Assembly: GCA_965221165.1 (NCBI GenBank)
Contig: CBDCRP010000003.1
Span: 1,280,001-1,344,000 of the forward strand
Direction of reading: 5' to 3'
Source: a bacterium
GTDB lineage: Bacteria; UBA8248
Length of the DNA: 64,000 nucleotides
Shown here: piece after piece, positions 1-9,072 of the stretch
Numbering within the stretch: position 1 is the first letter of the stretch
Layout of the letters: the number at the start of each line of letters is the position of its first letter
Translations under genes and position numbers: made by a program
The notes under the pieces: generated by a model
What the model was told of the DNA's origin: nothing
Databases searched by the model: none
The model's input: the letters and a program-made list of their open reading frames with translations, nothing else

Positions 1-551
1 ACGCTCTCGTTCACGCTCCCCATCGTAAGGGCGGCGGGCCAGCTATTCTCGATGAGTGTCCACAAATCGGCCGGCAGAATCTCCTCCCACCGGAGGAAAG
101 GCTCGGCAATCTTCGCCATGGCGCGGAACACCCAGCCCAAAACGATCAGGTTCACGATGAGCGAGGAATAGACGGCCTTGAAACCCCGGAGAAAGGCGCC
201 GGGGCCGCTTCCGTATCTGAGTTCCAGGAGTTCGGCGTCCGTCAGAACGCCCGCGCGCCGCCACAGGGGAGAGAAGAAGACCGCGACGCCCACGTTCCCG
301 ATGACCCACGCCCACCAGAACCAGTTTCCCGAGATGCCGCGCTTGGCGACGATGCCGGCCACGACGAGGGGGGTGTCGGAGGCGAACGTGGTCGCCACCA
401 TCGATGTGCCTATCCACCACCAGGGCAGGCTGCGCCCGGCCACGAAATAAGAAGCCAGGCTTTTGGACGCCGAACGGGATGTCAGCACGCCTACGAGCAG
501 AGCGAACGCGATGTAACCGAGGATGAGCGACCAGTCCAGAGTCGAGAGCAT
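1..551 (-). CDS. Sodium:solute symporter (SSS family), 5' part; runs off the window
   Basis: Manual translation from ATG at 551: MLSTLDWSLILGY...YFVAGRSLPWWWIGTSMVATTFASDTPL...GISGNWFWW, a typical SSF N-terminus. Open to the window edge. Confidence 0.85.
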   Translation of the reverse strand, partial: MLSTLDWSLILGYIAFALLVGVLTSRSASKSLASYFVAGRSLPWWWIGTSMVATTFASDTPLVVAGIVAKRGISGNWFWWAWVIGNVGVAVFFSPLWRRAGVLTDAELLELRYGSGPGAFLRGFKAVYSSLIVNLIVLGWVFRAMAKIAEPFLRWEEILPADLWTLIENSWPAALTMGSVNES

Positions 552-699
552 GGCGCTTGTCTCTAAGAACGGGCGGGCTTCACATACACCCTACACGGAT
601 AAGAAGATGCGATCATCCGCCCGCGCGCCTTGAGACGTAAAAACGTCCCGCACGAGTGCGGGGCGCTTCAAGTGCCGAGAACACGCCTGGCGCGTTCGT

Positions 700-2946
700 C
701 TAATCCTGGCTTCCGTTCGTTCCCAGGCGGCCGAGCACCTCCATGACGTGATCCGGCGTGATGGGTATGCGCGTGATGCGCGCGCCGATCGCCTGGCCGG
801 CCGCGCAGGCCACCGCGGCGGCTCCCGCCGTGCAGGGGGGCTCTCCGATGCCCTTCGCCCCGTAGGGACCCAGGCCCTCGCCCGATTCGAGGATGACGTT
901 ATCCCACTCGGGCGTATCCACCGAGGTGGGGATGAGGTATCCGTGAAACTCGTTGTTCAGGAGCGCGCCCTTTTGCGTGAGCACCTCCTCGGCGAGAGCG
1001 TGGCCCACACCCATCATCGTGCCGCCCTCTAACTGGCCTTCCACGTGCTGCACGTTGATGGACTGGCCGACGTCGTGGCCCGACCAGTAGTTGAGCACGC
1101 GAAGCTCGCCCGTATCGACGTTCACCTCGACTTCGGCCGCGTGAACCCCGAACACGTAATCCATCCAGCCGCCCGCGTCGCCGTACTGCTCGTTGCCCTC
1201 GAAATCGTGGACGCCGATTTTCGTCTTGCCCACGGTGTGGAGGTCGACCCCCATCTTCTTGCACTGGGCCGCTGCCTCGGCGAAGGCGACCCCGCGCTCC
1301 TCGGCGGCCTTGACGTAAACCTGCCCGCCTCGAATATCCAGATCCTCAGGATCCGCTTCGAGCAACTCGGCGGCGCCCTTGAGGATCCTCTCCCTGAGTT
1401 CCGCCGACGCGCGGTAGCAGGAGCCGCCCGAGATCATCGTCTGGCGGCTGCCCGCCGTCACCCCCACGAGCGGGGTGACGTGGGAATCCGACATCGTGAC
1501 CGTCACGTCTTCCAGAGCGATCCCCAGGGCCTCGGCGGCTATCTGGCGGTTCGTCTGGGTCTGGCCGGCTCCTACGTCCGAAGCGCCCGTGCGCACGTTC
1601 ACGCTGCCGTCCTCATCTATCGCCACGTAAACCTCGCCCTCGTTCCTGGGCCTGCCGTATCCGCCGATGTTCGCGACGACCCCGACCCCCACGCGCCACG
1701 CGCCGTGGTCCTTCTCGGGAACGCGGCCCGCCGAGCGGCCGATGAGCCTTTTGGTTTCCTCCGCCAGTTCGGGCAGCATCACGCGGGAGGGCACGGGCTG
1801 GTTCTGCATGAGCGTCTCGCCCTTGGTGATGAAATTCTTCTCGCGAAACTCCAGGGGGTTCATCCCCAGGCGCGCCGCGAGCTCATCCATCTGCGCCTCG
1901 TAGGCGAAACACACCTGGTTCGCGCCCACGCCGCGCATCGACTCGGTGAAGGGGTTGTTCGTCCTGACCGCCCTTGCGCGGCCCCGAGCGTTTGGAATCT
2001 CGTAAGGCCCGCCGCTCACCACGAGCGCGCCCAGGAGCAGGCCCTTGCTGTTGGCCGTATAACCGCCCGCATCGCCGATGATGTCCACCTCGATAGCGGT
2101 GAGCTTTCCGTCTTTCGTGGCGCCCGTCTTGTACTTCATGAGGAAGGGGTGTTTCTTGCTGCCGGTGTTCATGGTTTCTTCGCGCGAATAGGCCATGCGC
2201 ACGGGCCGTCCCGTCCTGATGGACAAAAGCGCCATGAAGGCGCCCAGCTGCGGGTGTTCCTTTCCGCCGAAGGCGCCGCCCAGCATCGGGCACTCGTAGC
2301 GAACGCGGCTGAGCGGCAAGTCCAGCGTTCTCGCCACGTTCTGGTAGTTCTCTATCATCTGGGTGGGCACGCGGATGTTCACCACACCGCGCTCATCCAC
2401 CCAGGCCACGCCGCCTTCGGGCTCGATGAATGCGTGATCCAGACAAGCGGAAAAATAGGTATTCTCGACGACCACGTCCGCCGCCTCGAAGCCGGCTTCT
2501 AAGTCTCCCTTGTCCGTCTTCCAGTCGCAGACCACCTCGCCCTCCTCGAGGCCGGCGAAGTCGTATGCCCCGGGCATCGGCTCGTAGGCGACACGGACGA
2601 GCGAGGCCGCCTCATCCGCCAAGTCCCTGGTGTCCGCGGCCACGAGCGCCACCGCGTCGCCGATATCCATGACGACGTCCGCCGCCAGTACCGGGAAGTC
2701 GGGATAGCGCCCGGCGTTTAGTCCGGGAATGTCCTCCGCGGTCAAGACACAATGCACGCCCGGAAGCGCGAGCGCCTCGCTCGCGTCTATCTTCTTGATC
2801 TTCGCCGGCGTCATCGAAGCGCGGACGACTTTTCCGTATATCTCGCCCGGCAAGTGGAAATCATCGCCGTAAACGGTATCACCGACCGCTTTCGCCAAAG
2901 CGTCGTCTTTCGTCGGCGACGTGCCGACATGCGTCATCTGAGCCAT
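700..2946 (-). CDS. Xanthine dehydrogenase family molybdopterin-binding (large) subunit
   Basis: 748 aa with LGGAFGGK, MRGVG, AGSRQT, GQLEGG and GAKGIGEPP motifs of Mo-hydroxylase large subunits. Confidence 0.92.
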   Translation of the reverse strand: MAQMTHVGTSPTKDDALAKAVGDTVYGDDFHLPGEIYGKVVRASMTPAKIKKIDASEALALPGVHCVLTAEDIPGLNAGRYPDFPVLAADVVMDIGDAVALVAADTRDLADEAASLVRVAYEPMPGAYDFAGLEEGEVVCDWKTDKGDLEAGFEAADVVVENTYFSACLDHAFIEPEGGVAWVDERGVVNIRVPTQMIENYQNVARTLDLPLSRVRYECPMLGGAFGGKEHPQLGAFMALLSIRTGRPVRMAYSREETMNTGSKKHPFLMKYKTGATKDGKLTAIEVDIIGDAGGYTANSKGLLLGALVVSGGPYEIPNARGRARAVRTNNPFTESMRGVGANQVCFAYEAQMDELAARLGMNPLEFREKNFITKGETLMQNQPVPSRVMLPELAEETKRLIGRSAGRVPEKDHGAWRVGVGVVANIGGYGRPRNEGEVYVAIDEDGSVNVRTGASDVGAGQTQTNRQIAAEALGIALEDVTVTMSDSHVTPLVGVTAGSRQTMISGGSCYRASAELRERILKGAAELLEADPEDLDIRGGQVYVKAAEERGVAFAEAAAQCKKMGVDLHTVGKTKIGVHDFEGNEQYGDAGGWMDYVFGVHAAEVEVNVDTGELRVLNYWSGHDVGQSINVQHVEGQLEGGTMMGVGHALAEEVLTQKGALLNNEFHGYLIPTSVDTPEWDNVILESGEGLGPYGAKGIGEPPCTAGAAAVACAAGQAIGARITRIPITPDHVMEVLGRLGTNGSQD

Positions 2947-2973
2947 CTTTTCCTCCAGAATAAGACTCGCAAG

Positions 2974-3972
2974 CTACCCCCGAAGGGATGCAACGTCCAC
3001 CACTTGGCCCGTGGCCGCGCTCTGGACGACCGCCTCGAGCACGGCGACGACTTCGAGACCCTCGGGCCCGCCCGTTTCGGGAGTCGCCTCGCCCCGGATG
3101 CACTTGCAGAATTCATCCATCTCATCCGCCAGGGCGTCTCCGCCCACGACCTCGACTTCCGTCCGGGCCTCCTCGCCCACCTTGCCCACGTAGAGCTTTC
3201 CGCCTTCCTCTTCGCTGTACGCCCTCATCTTCGTACCGAAAGCAGCGGTATCACAAATTTTGGGAATGACGAAGGTGGTGCCGATATAACCGAGCGGGCC
3301 GCTTTCGTATTCGATGATGATGCTCGTGGTGTCGTCGAGGTTCGTTTTGCCCAACACCTTTTTGCTGAACGCGGCCACCTTTTTCGCGGGCCCGGCCAGG
3401 TATTGGAGGTTGTCGATCATGTGGACGCCCAAGCCCGTCATCGCGCCCGCCGGGCATTCCGCCGGGTCGTTGCGCCAGCCCTGCTTGGGTTCGAATCCCG
3501 CAGGAAGCGAGAGGTTGGCTTCCATCTGATGCAACACGCCCAACTCGCCGCCGTCTATCATCTCCCTGATCTTGCGGTTCGCGCCGCATCGACGGCGATG
3601 GTGCCCAACTTGTAAGGTGACGTTCGCGCTGGAAGTCGCCTCGACCGCCTTTTTGGCCTCATCGGCCGTCAGGGTGAGCGGTTTTTCGACGAACACGTGC
3701 TTGCCAGCCGATGCCGCCTCGGAAATCATCCCCAGATGCGTGGAATGAGGCGTCGCGACGATAACGCCCTCCACCTCGGGGTCGTTCAATAGATCGTCCA
3801 GGCTGTCCGCCGTCCGGCAACCGCGTTTTTCAGAAAACGCCTTTCTCGCATCCTCGCTGCGCGCGAAACCCGTAACCACCTCGCCGGAACCACTGCGGTT
3901 CAGGGCATCCACCAAAACACCACCCCACCAGCCAAGCCCGATAGAGGCGAGGCGCACTTTATCCGTAGCCAT
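2974..3972 (-). CDS. Gfo/Idh/MocA family oxidoreductase
   Basis: Start chosen at MATDKV (RBS GAGGAG). Has GLGWWG, AGKHVFVEKP and GVHMID motifs. Confidence 0.9.
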   Translation of the reverse strand: MATDKVRLASIGLGWWGGVLVDALNRSGSGEVVTGFARSEDARKAFSEKRGCRTADSLDDLLNDPEVEGVIVATPHSTHLGMISEAASAGKHVFVEKPLTLTADEAKKAVEATSSANVTLQVGHHRRRCGANRKIREMIDGGELGVLHQMEANLSLPAGFEPKQGWRNDPAECPAGAMTGLGVHMIDNLQYLAGPAKKVAAFSKKVLGKTNLDDTTSIIIEYESGPLGYIGTTFVIPKICDTAAFGTKMRAYSEEEGGKLYVGKVGEEARTEVEVVGGDALADEMDEFCKCIRGEATPETGGPEGLEVVAVLEAVVQSAATGQVVDVASLRG

Positions 3973-4114
3973 TTTCGACTCCTCATTTCCTGAATGGGTG
4001 AATTCTCGGCATCCCGTAGAATAGACGCCGCATGATTGCATACGAAATGCACCATAAACCAACATCGTCCGCTTGAAAACCACGCCGGGGGAAATGAGGC
4101 CGAATAAGATCAAG

Positions 4115-4144
4115 AAAAAACCTCCTCCCGTCTCCGGGAGGAGG
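4115..4144 (-). terminator. Intrinsic terminator of candidate sRNA
   Basis: Minus strand CCUCCUCCCG-GAGA-CGGGAGGAGG-UUUUUU: 10-bp stem, GNRA loop, U-tract. Confidence 0.8.
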
Positions 4145-4267
4145 CTCTCGCAAGGGGGTAGGATGCGAGATGTATGATTGCATGGCGGAGGAGCGCCGAC
4201 CCGATCAGCAACTCCTCTCGCCCGCCAATCGGGGCGTGCCGCCTATGAACGCCCCGACCAGCGTTGC
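4115..4267 (-). ncRNA. Candidate sigma54-dependent small RNA (about 150 nt, four hairpins)
   Basis: Lies between a sigma54 promoter and a terminator, with consecutive stems at 4229-4257, 4183-4227, 4146-4170 and 4121-4144 and no credible ORF. Confidence 0.6.
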
Positions 4268-4277
4268 CTATATCTAT

Positions 4278-4293
4278 AGCAAGGGCCGTGCCA
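4278..4293 (-). promoter_or_regulatory. Sigma54 (RpoN) -24/-12 promoter
   Basis: Minus strand TGGCACGGCCCTTGCT matches TGGCAC-N5-TTGCW. AT-rich IHF-like sequence upstream (TATCAATATGATA, 4321-4333). Confidence 0.75.
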
Positions 4294-4414
4294 TTCTTGT
4301 TGACAATATAACTCTTTTAATATCAATATGATAGGAAATAATATGGCTGGAGAAATTGCCATTTTGTCACATCATGGCCGGGAAATCCGACAAATCGTCA
4401 TGGCGAGCCGTTGT

Positions 4415-5047
4415 CTATAAGGGGCGCAATTTCCCGCTTTCACCCCGAACCGGGCGATTTACAGGAAATCCTCCGAGCGCCTCCCGAACGGCGGCTCTCA
4501 TTTCATCCCCCTGAGAGAACGCCGTCGTTGCGCCGGCCCCTGATTTCCACAATTCTTCCTGCGAAACGAGGTCCACCAAACGTATTTCCACCTTCGCGGC
4601 GCACAATTCGATATCGTTGCAGTTGCGGCTGCCTCCGGCGAGGATGAGCGCCTGCGCGCCCGAATCTCTTAGCAGCGGCAGATGGGCTTCGGCGATTCCG
4701 CCTTCCGCGCTCCACAAATCATCCGCTTTTGTGTTTGCGAGTTCTTTCGGCCAGCGAAGAACTTCGTACCCTTTGGCGGTGACGGCGTCGCGTACCAGAA
4801 ACGCGCCTTCCAGGAACTCGATTTTTTTTACTTCGGGCGCCTTTAAGCCCGCTTTCTCGTAAATGTCGCGGAAGAGGCCCGTCCAGTCGTTCGCATACCT
4901 AAAAGGAGCAACGACGATGCGATTGAGCGTTCGTATTTTGCCCGGCCTGGTGACGCTTTGCGTTCGTGAAATTTCATAGGCGCAGCCGCAAGCCACGAGA
5001 AGCAAAAAAACGATCGACAAAACCCGGAGTCGCGCCTTGAAAGCCAT
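4415..5047 (-). CDS. Hypothetical lipoprotein
   Basis: Start at MAFKARLRV; hydrophobic signal ending in lipobox-like LVACGCA. Confidence 0.6.
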   Translation of the reverse strand: MAFKARLRVLSIVFLLLVACGCAYEISRTQSVTRPGKIRTLNRIVVAPFRYANDWTGLFRDIYEKAGLKAPEVKKIEFLEGAFLVRDAVTAKGYEVLRWPKELANTKADDLWSAEGGIAEAHLPLLRDSGAQALILAGGSRNCNDIELCAAKVEIRLVDLVSQEELWKSGAGATTAFSQGDEMRAAVREALGGFPVNRPVRGESGKLRPL

Positions 5048-5051
5048 ATCC

Positions 5052-5774
5052 TTAAAATTCTCCGCCCCATGCGATTTGCCTGATCCAGCCGAACAGGAAC
5101 GCATACGCATCCCAGCTTTCACCCCAAATGGAGGTGGCGTATGAAACCATCATACCCCATCCTCCCGTCGAGACGAGCGCCGCACCGCCAATGAAAACTA
5201 CTCCGAAGAAAAAGATAAAAACCCAGGAAAAAATCCGCCCGCCGCGCGCGATGTCGGGCTGCGACGCGCTCAGCGCCCTGAAAGTCATGAACACGTGCAG
5301 GCAAAGAGTGAGGCCTGCGAGAAACGCCGTCGCCGGGCGAATCTGCCCGTACCCGAAACCCCAGCCGAGGAGAGCGCCCAGAATCAAAACCACCACCGTC
5401 AACAGGGGAAAAAAATAAGGCGCCAGGGTGATGACGGGGTTCGTGCCGCTCAGGCCCACCTTGCCGCTCCCCCGGTTCACCTCGAAGGAACTCACCTTTT
5501 TGCCCGTGAGCAAGGCGAAGGCCAGATGCGTGAACTCATGAACGAAGGCGTAGAGAAACTCGGGCGGCCGGAGGCGATGCCAGACGGCATATGCCCCGAC
5601 CCCGATGATGAAAGCCCAGCCCTCGGGGGCGGGAGTAAACGAGCCGATGCCCGTTCCCTGCGCGAGAAAAGCGGCCGGGAGGTTCTCTCCGAATGAAAGC
5701 GCCGCCCCCCAGCAGGCGGGCAGCAGGAATATGGCGATAATCCAGGCCAGGAGGCGGTACAAAAACGATTTCAT
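5052..5774 (-). CDS. M50-like membrane metallopeptidase
   Basis: Multi-TM protein with HEFTH zinc motif and ITLAPYFFP. Start chosen at MKSFLY. Confidence 0.7.
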   Translation of the reverse strand: MKSFLYRLLAWIIAIFLLPACWGAALSFGENLPAAFLAQGTGIGSFTPAPEGWAFIIGVGAYAVWHRLRPPEFLYAFVHEFTHLAFALLTGKKVSSFEVNRGSGKVGLSGTNPVITLAPYFFPLLTVVVLILGALLGWGFGYGQIRPATAFLAGLTLCLHVFMTFRALSASQPDIARGGRIFSWVFIFFFGVVFIGGAALVSTGGWGMMVSYATSIWGESWDAYAFLFGWIRQIAWGGEF

Positions 5775-5990
5775 GAACTTACCCGTCTCGGGTCCTCGGG
5801 CGGCGAGGCGAACACCACGCAAGCATGGCCCATATCCGCCTCCCCCACAAGGCCGGCGATCATACATCCAGGTCCGATGAAACCTTGACGGCGGGAGGGA
5901 AGAGGAATATGGCTGGATTGCACAAGAAATTCATTTCACGGCTTACTAAAAACAGGAGCTTTCCATGAACGGCGCAAAATAATTTTCGAC

Positions 5991-6485
5991 ATGCCGGGGA
6001 TGAGCGATGGACTCGTCCGGCGGGCGCTCGAGGGTCTGGAAGATGCGGACCTCATGAAGCGGCCGAGCGATCAGGAGAACACCATCGCCTGGCTGATTCG
6101 GCACAAGACGAGAGTCGAGGACATCGCCGTCGCGGACGCCTCGGGAAGCGAGCAGCTCTGGATTTCAGAAAAGTGGCACGAGAAATTCGATATGGAGCCG
6201 AACCCGAAACAAATGGGTTTCGGGGATTCGCTCGAGGCGGTGATGCGCCTCGAATGCACGAAAGAAACCCTCCTCGGCTACGCCGACGCCGTTCGGGCCA
6301 AAACGTCTTCCGTCCTCGAAACACTCTCTTCAGAGGACCTCGACAAGGAAATCTCCGCCACGATGGGCCAGACCATCAAAATCGGGGACTACCTCGGAAG
6401 AGTGGCCGCCGACAACATCCAGCACGGCGGGCAGATTTGCTACCTCCGGGGATTTATTACCGGATTCGGCTGGCTGCCGTTTTAG
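5991..6485 (+). CDS. DinB/YfiT superfamily protein (true start possibly 5965, frameshifted)
   Basis: NTIAWLIRH and DNIQHGGQICYLRG motifs. Confidence 0.75.
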   Translation: MPGMSDGLVRRALEGLEDADLMKRPSDQENTIAWLIRHKTRVEDIAVADASGSEQLWISEKWHEKFDMEPNPKQMGFGDSLEAVMRLECTKETLLGYADAVRAKTSSVLETLSSEDLDKEISATMGQTIKIGDYLGRVAADNIQHGGQICYLRGFITGFGWLPF

Positions 6486-6629
6486 GATCAAACCCGACCG
6501 AGGAGGGGGCTGCGATTTCTGTAGGGGCCGCATACATGCGGCCCTTGTAGTCGGTGCGAAAAATTCAGGGTCGCATATATGCGACCCCTACACGCAAATA
6601 CATTTTCCCTCATCAGTCGGGATTGACTC
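6485..6629. mobile_element. MITE-like element: imperfect 23-bp terminal inverted repeats around an inverted REP doublet
   Basis: Left arm GGATCAAACCCGACCGAGGAGGG; reverse complement of right arm GAGTCAATCCCGACTGATGAGGG. REPs at 6521-6544 and 6568-6591. Confidence 0.55.
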
Positions 6630-6706
6630 CCGCCCTTACTTCCGGGAAGAGTGTCCGGAGCCTCACGCGCTACCTCGATGAAACATCGAACAAGGAGAAT
6701 TAAGAA

Positions 6707-7150
6707 ATGCCCGAAGCGAAAATGACCCTGCTCATCAAACGAACCTTCAAGGTCCCGAGAGAGAAAATCTTCGCCGCGTGGACGCAAGCGGACGCGCTCA
6801 AGCGATGGTGGGGGACGGAGGGGCACACGGTCCCCCGCGTGGAGATGGACTTGAAACCAGGCGGAAAATACCGCGTCGAGATGCAACCGGCGGGGGAGGG
6901 GTCGTTTTACCTAAACGGCGCGTTCGTCGAAATAAGGCCTCCCGAGCGCCTCGCCTTCACCTTCCGCTGGGAGCGCGGGGAGTGGAATTATCCCAAAACC
7001 CTGGTGCGCGCGGAATTTACTGAGATAGGAGATGAAACCGAAATCGCCCTCACCCACGAGGGATTTCCGGATGAGAACATGCGCGATGAACACGCAGATG
7101 GCTGGGGCGAGTGCCTCGATAATCTGCGCGGGTATCTGGGAGGCGGATAA
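6707..7150 (+). CDS. SRPBCC/AHSA1-like domain protein
   Basis: REKIFAAWT, DLKPGGKYR, PPERLAFT and HADGWGECLDNL motifs. Confidence 0.85.
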   Translation: MPEAKMTLLIKRTFKVPREKIFAAWTQADALKRWWGTEGHTVPRVEMDLKPGGKYRVEMQPAGEGSFYLNGAFVEIRPPERLAFTFRWERGEWNYPKTLVRAEFTEIGDETEIALTHEGFPDENMRDEHADGWGECLDNLRGYLGGG

Positions 7151-7777
7151 GAGCAGCCTCGAAGACGGGAAGGGCTGCCGATAGCGGGGCAATTGACAAG
7201 TCGGTTACGATCTTCGCGTTGCCGGCTTGGAATGATGATGTCCGCTGGTGTGGTTATATGAAACCCAAATAATCGGACAAGTTCCGGTATGTCGAGACGA
7301 GCCGCACCGAATTAGAAAAATACACCGCCGCCGTATCGAATCGATAACGGCGTCAACACCCCGCCCGATCATCTGGAGTCCATTGTCTTACCGCGAAATC
7401 TCATGCCGAATAGTGCGCCGAACCGCCGCCCCGACGGCCGAAAACAACCCCTCGAAACGCACGGATTTCCGCCTGAAAAAAGACCCTTGCAACGCCCGGA
7501 AAACGGCGTTTGACAGGCCATCGCAAGCCTTTTTCCGCAAAATTCGCAATGATTCATGTCCGTGCGCAGGCTCGGCAAGAGAATTTTGACCTCTAATGGC
7601 ATTTGATGTTAGGGTGTTTCCATTCAAGCTACAAATGAAAGTAGTGGTTGTCGTGGATTCCTGTGACGTGCTTCTTTTGCACTCATTCGATTCCGGTACA
7701 CCTAATCCATAGGATGTGCCCGGAATCCTCATAGGTTCGCTGCTCAAAGCAGACGGACCGGGAGAGGAGGAAAAAGC

Positions 7778-9061
7778 ATGAAACGCTTTCTCATGACGCA
7801 TCTTTTGGTCGGTTTGCTGACGGCGCTTCTCTTGAGCCCGGCTTTCGCCCAGCAAAGGATCACCTGGTGGGAACACAGCAACCCGCCGCACAACAACTAC
7901 TCAAAGAAGCTGGTGGCGGAATGGAACAAGATGCATCCCAAAAATCCCTTGCAGTATGATTTTTTCGCGATGACCCCCTACTTCCAGAAACTCACGGCCG
8001 CGCTTTCCACCCGATCGGCGGCCGACATGTTCACGGTCATCGACACCCTTCTGCCCGGCTTCACCACGAAAAAAGTCCTCTCGCCCATTCATCCCGAGTG
8101 GCTCGGCTACAAGGACCTCGAGGACATGAAGAAGGCCTACCTGCCGGGGGCGCTGGACGGCTACATCCATGAAGGAAAGCTCTACGCCGTCCCTCCCATC
8201 TCTTCCGTCTTCAGCCTCTACCTCAACAAGAACCACTTCCGGGAGGCGGGCCTGGACCCGGACAAGGATTATCCGCGCACCTGGAAAGACGTTGCCCGCA
8301 TCGGGAAGAAGCTGGTGAAAATGAAGGGCACCAGGATGGTGCGCGAGGGCTTCGATTTCGCCATGCATTCCTCCACCTGGACGATGTGGTACTTCAACAC
8401 GACCGTCCGGCAATACGGGGGAGAAGTCCTCGACGCCTCCGGGAAAAAGTGCACGGCCAACAGTGAGGCGGGCGTCAAGGCCATGAATGTCCGGGCCATG
8501 ATTGCGCACGAATACAAGGCTTCGGACCCCACCGTAAGCCTGGGCACCAACGCCCTCCCGGCGGACGATTTGCCGAAGGGGCGCGTCTCCATGTTCATCA
8601 CCCACGCGGGGAGTGTGGCGCAATTCGGCCCCAAGGTGATGGCGTACACGAAGGTGGTGCCATTCCCGCAGGTGGATCCCAAAAAGCCCGTGACGCCGAT
8701 TTACGGCTTCGCCCTCGCGGTGAATCCCCATATTTCCGAGGCGAAGCAGCGGCTGGTGCACGACGTGATAAAGCACGTCATCAAAGACCCCAAGACGTGG
8801 TATGAGAGTACGGCCTATCCCTATCCCTACAAGAATTTTCTTGAACTTCCCGGGATGGAAAAGGCGCGCAAGACACGCTACCTGGACGTGTTCGTAAATG
8901 ACATCTCGAACGGACGCTATGTCCAGCGCTCCGCCAAGATCATCGAGATCAACCAGGCCATTCACCGGGCAATGGAGCGCGTGGTCTTGAGGAATGAGGA
9001 CTCCAAGAAGTCGCTCGACAGGGCGTGTAAGGAAATCGACGCGGCGCTGGCCAAGAAGTAG
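7778..9061 (+). CDS. ABC transporter substrate-binding protein (CUT1/carbohydrate type)
   Basis: Signal peptide, GKLYAVP, LYLNK..F.EAGLDP..PRTW; first gene of an ABC operon. Confidence 0.9.
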   Translation: MKRFLMTHLLVGLLTALLLSPAFAQQRITWWEHSNPPHNNYSKKLVAEWNKMHPKNPLQYDFFAMTPYFQKLTAALSTRSAADMFTVIDTLLPGFTTKKVLSPIHPEWLGYKDLEDMKKAYLPGALDGYIHEGKLYAVPPISSVFSLYLNKNHFREAGLDPDKDYPRTWKDVARIGKKLVKMKGTRMVREGFDFAMHSSTWTMWYFNTTVRQYGGEVLDASGKKCTANSEAGVKAMNVRAMIAHEYKASDPTVSLGTNALPADDLPKGRVSMFITHAGSVAQFGPKVMAYTKVVPFPQVDPKKPVTPIYGFALAVNPHISEAKQRLVHDVIKHVIKDPKTWYESTAYPYPYKNFLELPGMEKARKTRYLDVFVNDISNGRYVQRSAKIIEINQAIHRAMERVVLRNEDSKKSLDRACKEIDAALAKK

Positions 9062-9072
9062 ACGGAGAATCG

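Noticed and set aside
1045-2502. 485-aa plus-strand ORF (and similar long ORFs at 7901-8965, 10953-12092, 12344-13540, 36328-37500, 46269-47597)
   Set aside because: All lie antisense to well-supported genes and lack family motifs.
7151-7777. Long intergenic region upstream of the ABC operon as a possible riboswitch or sRNA
   Set aside because: No recognisable aptamer, terminator or convincing ORF by eye; an Rfam scan would be needed.
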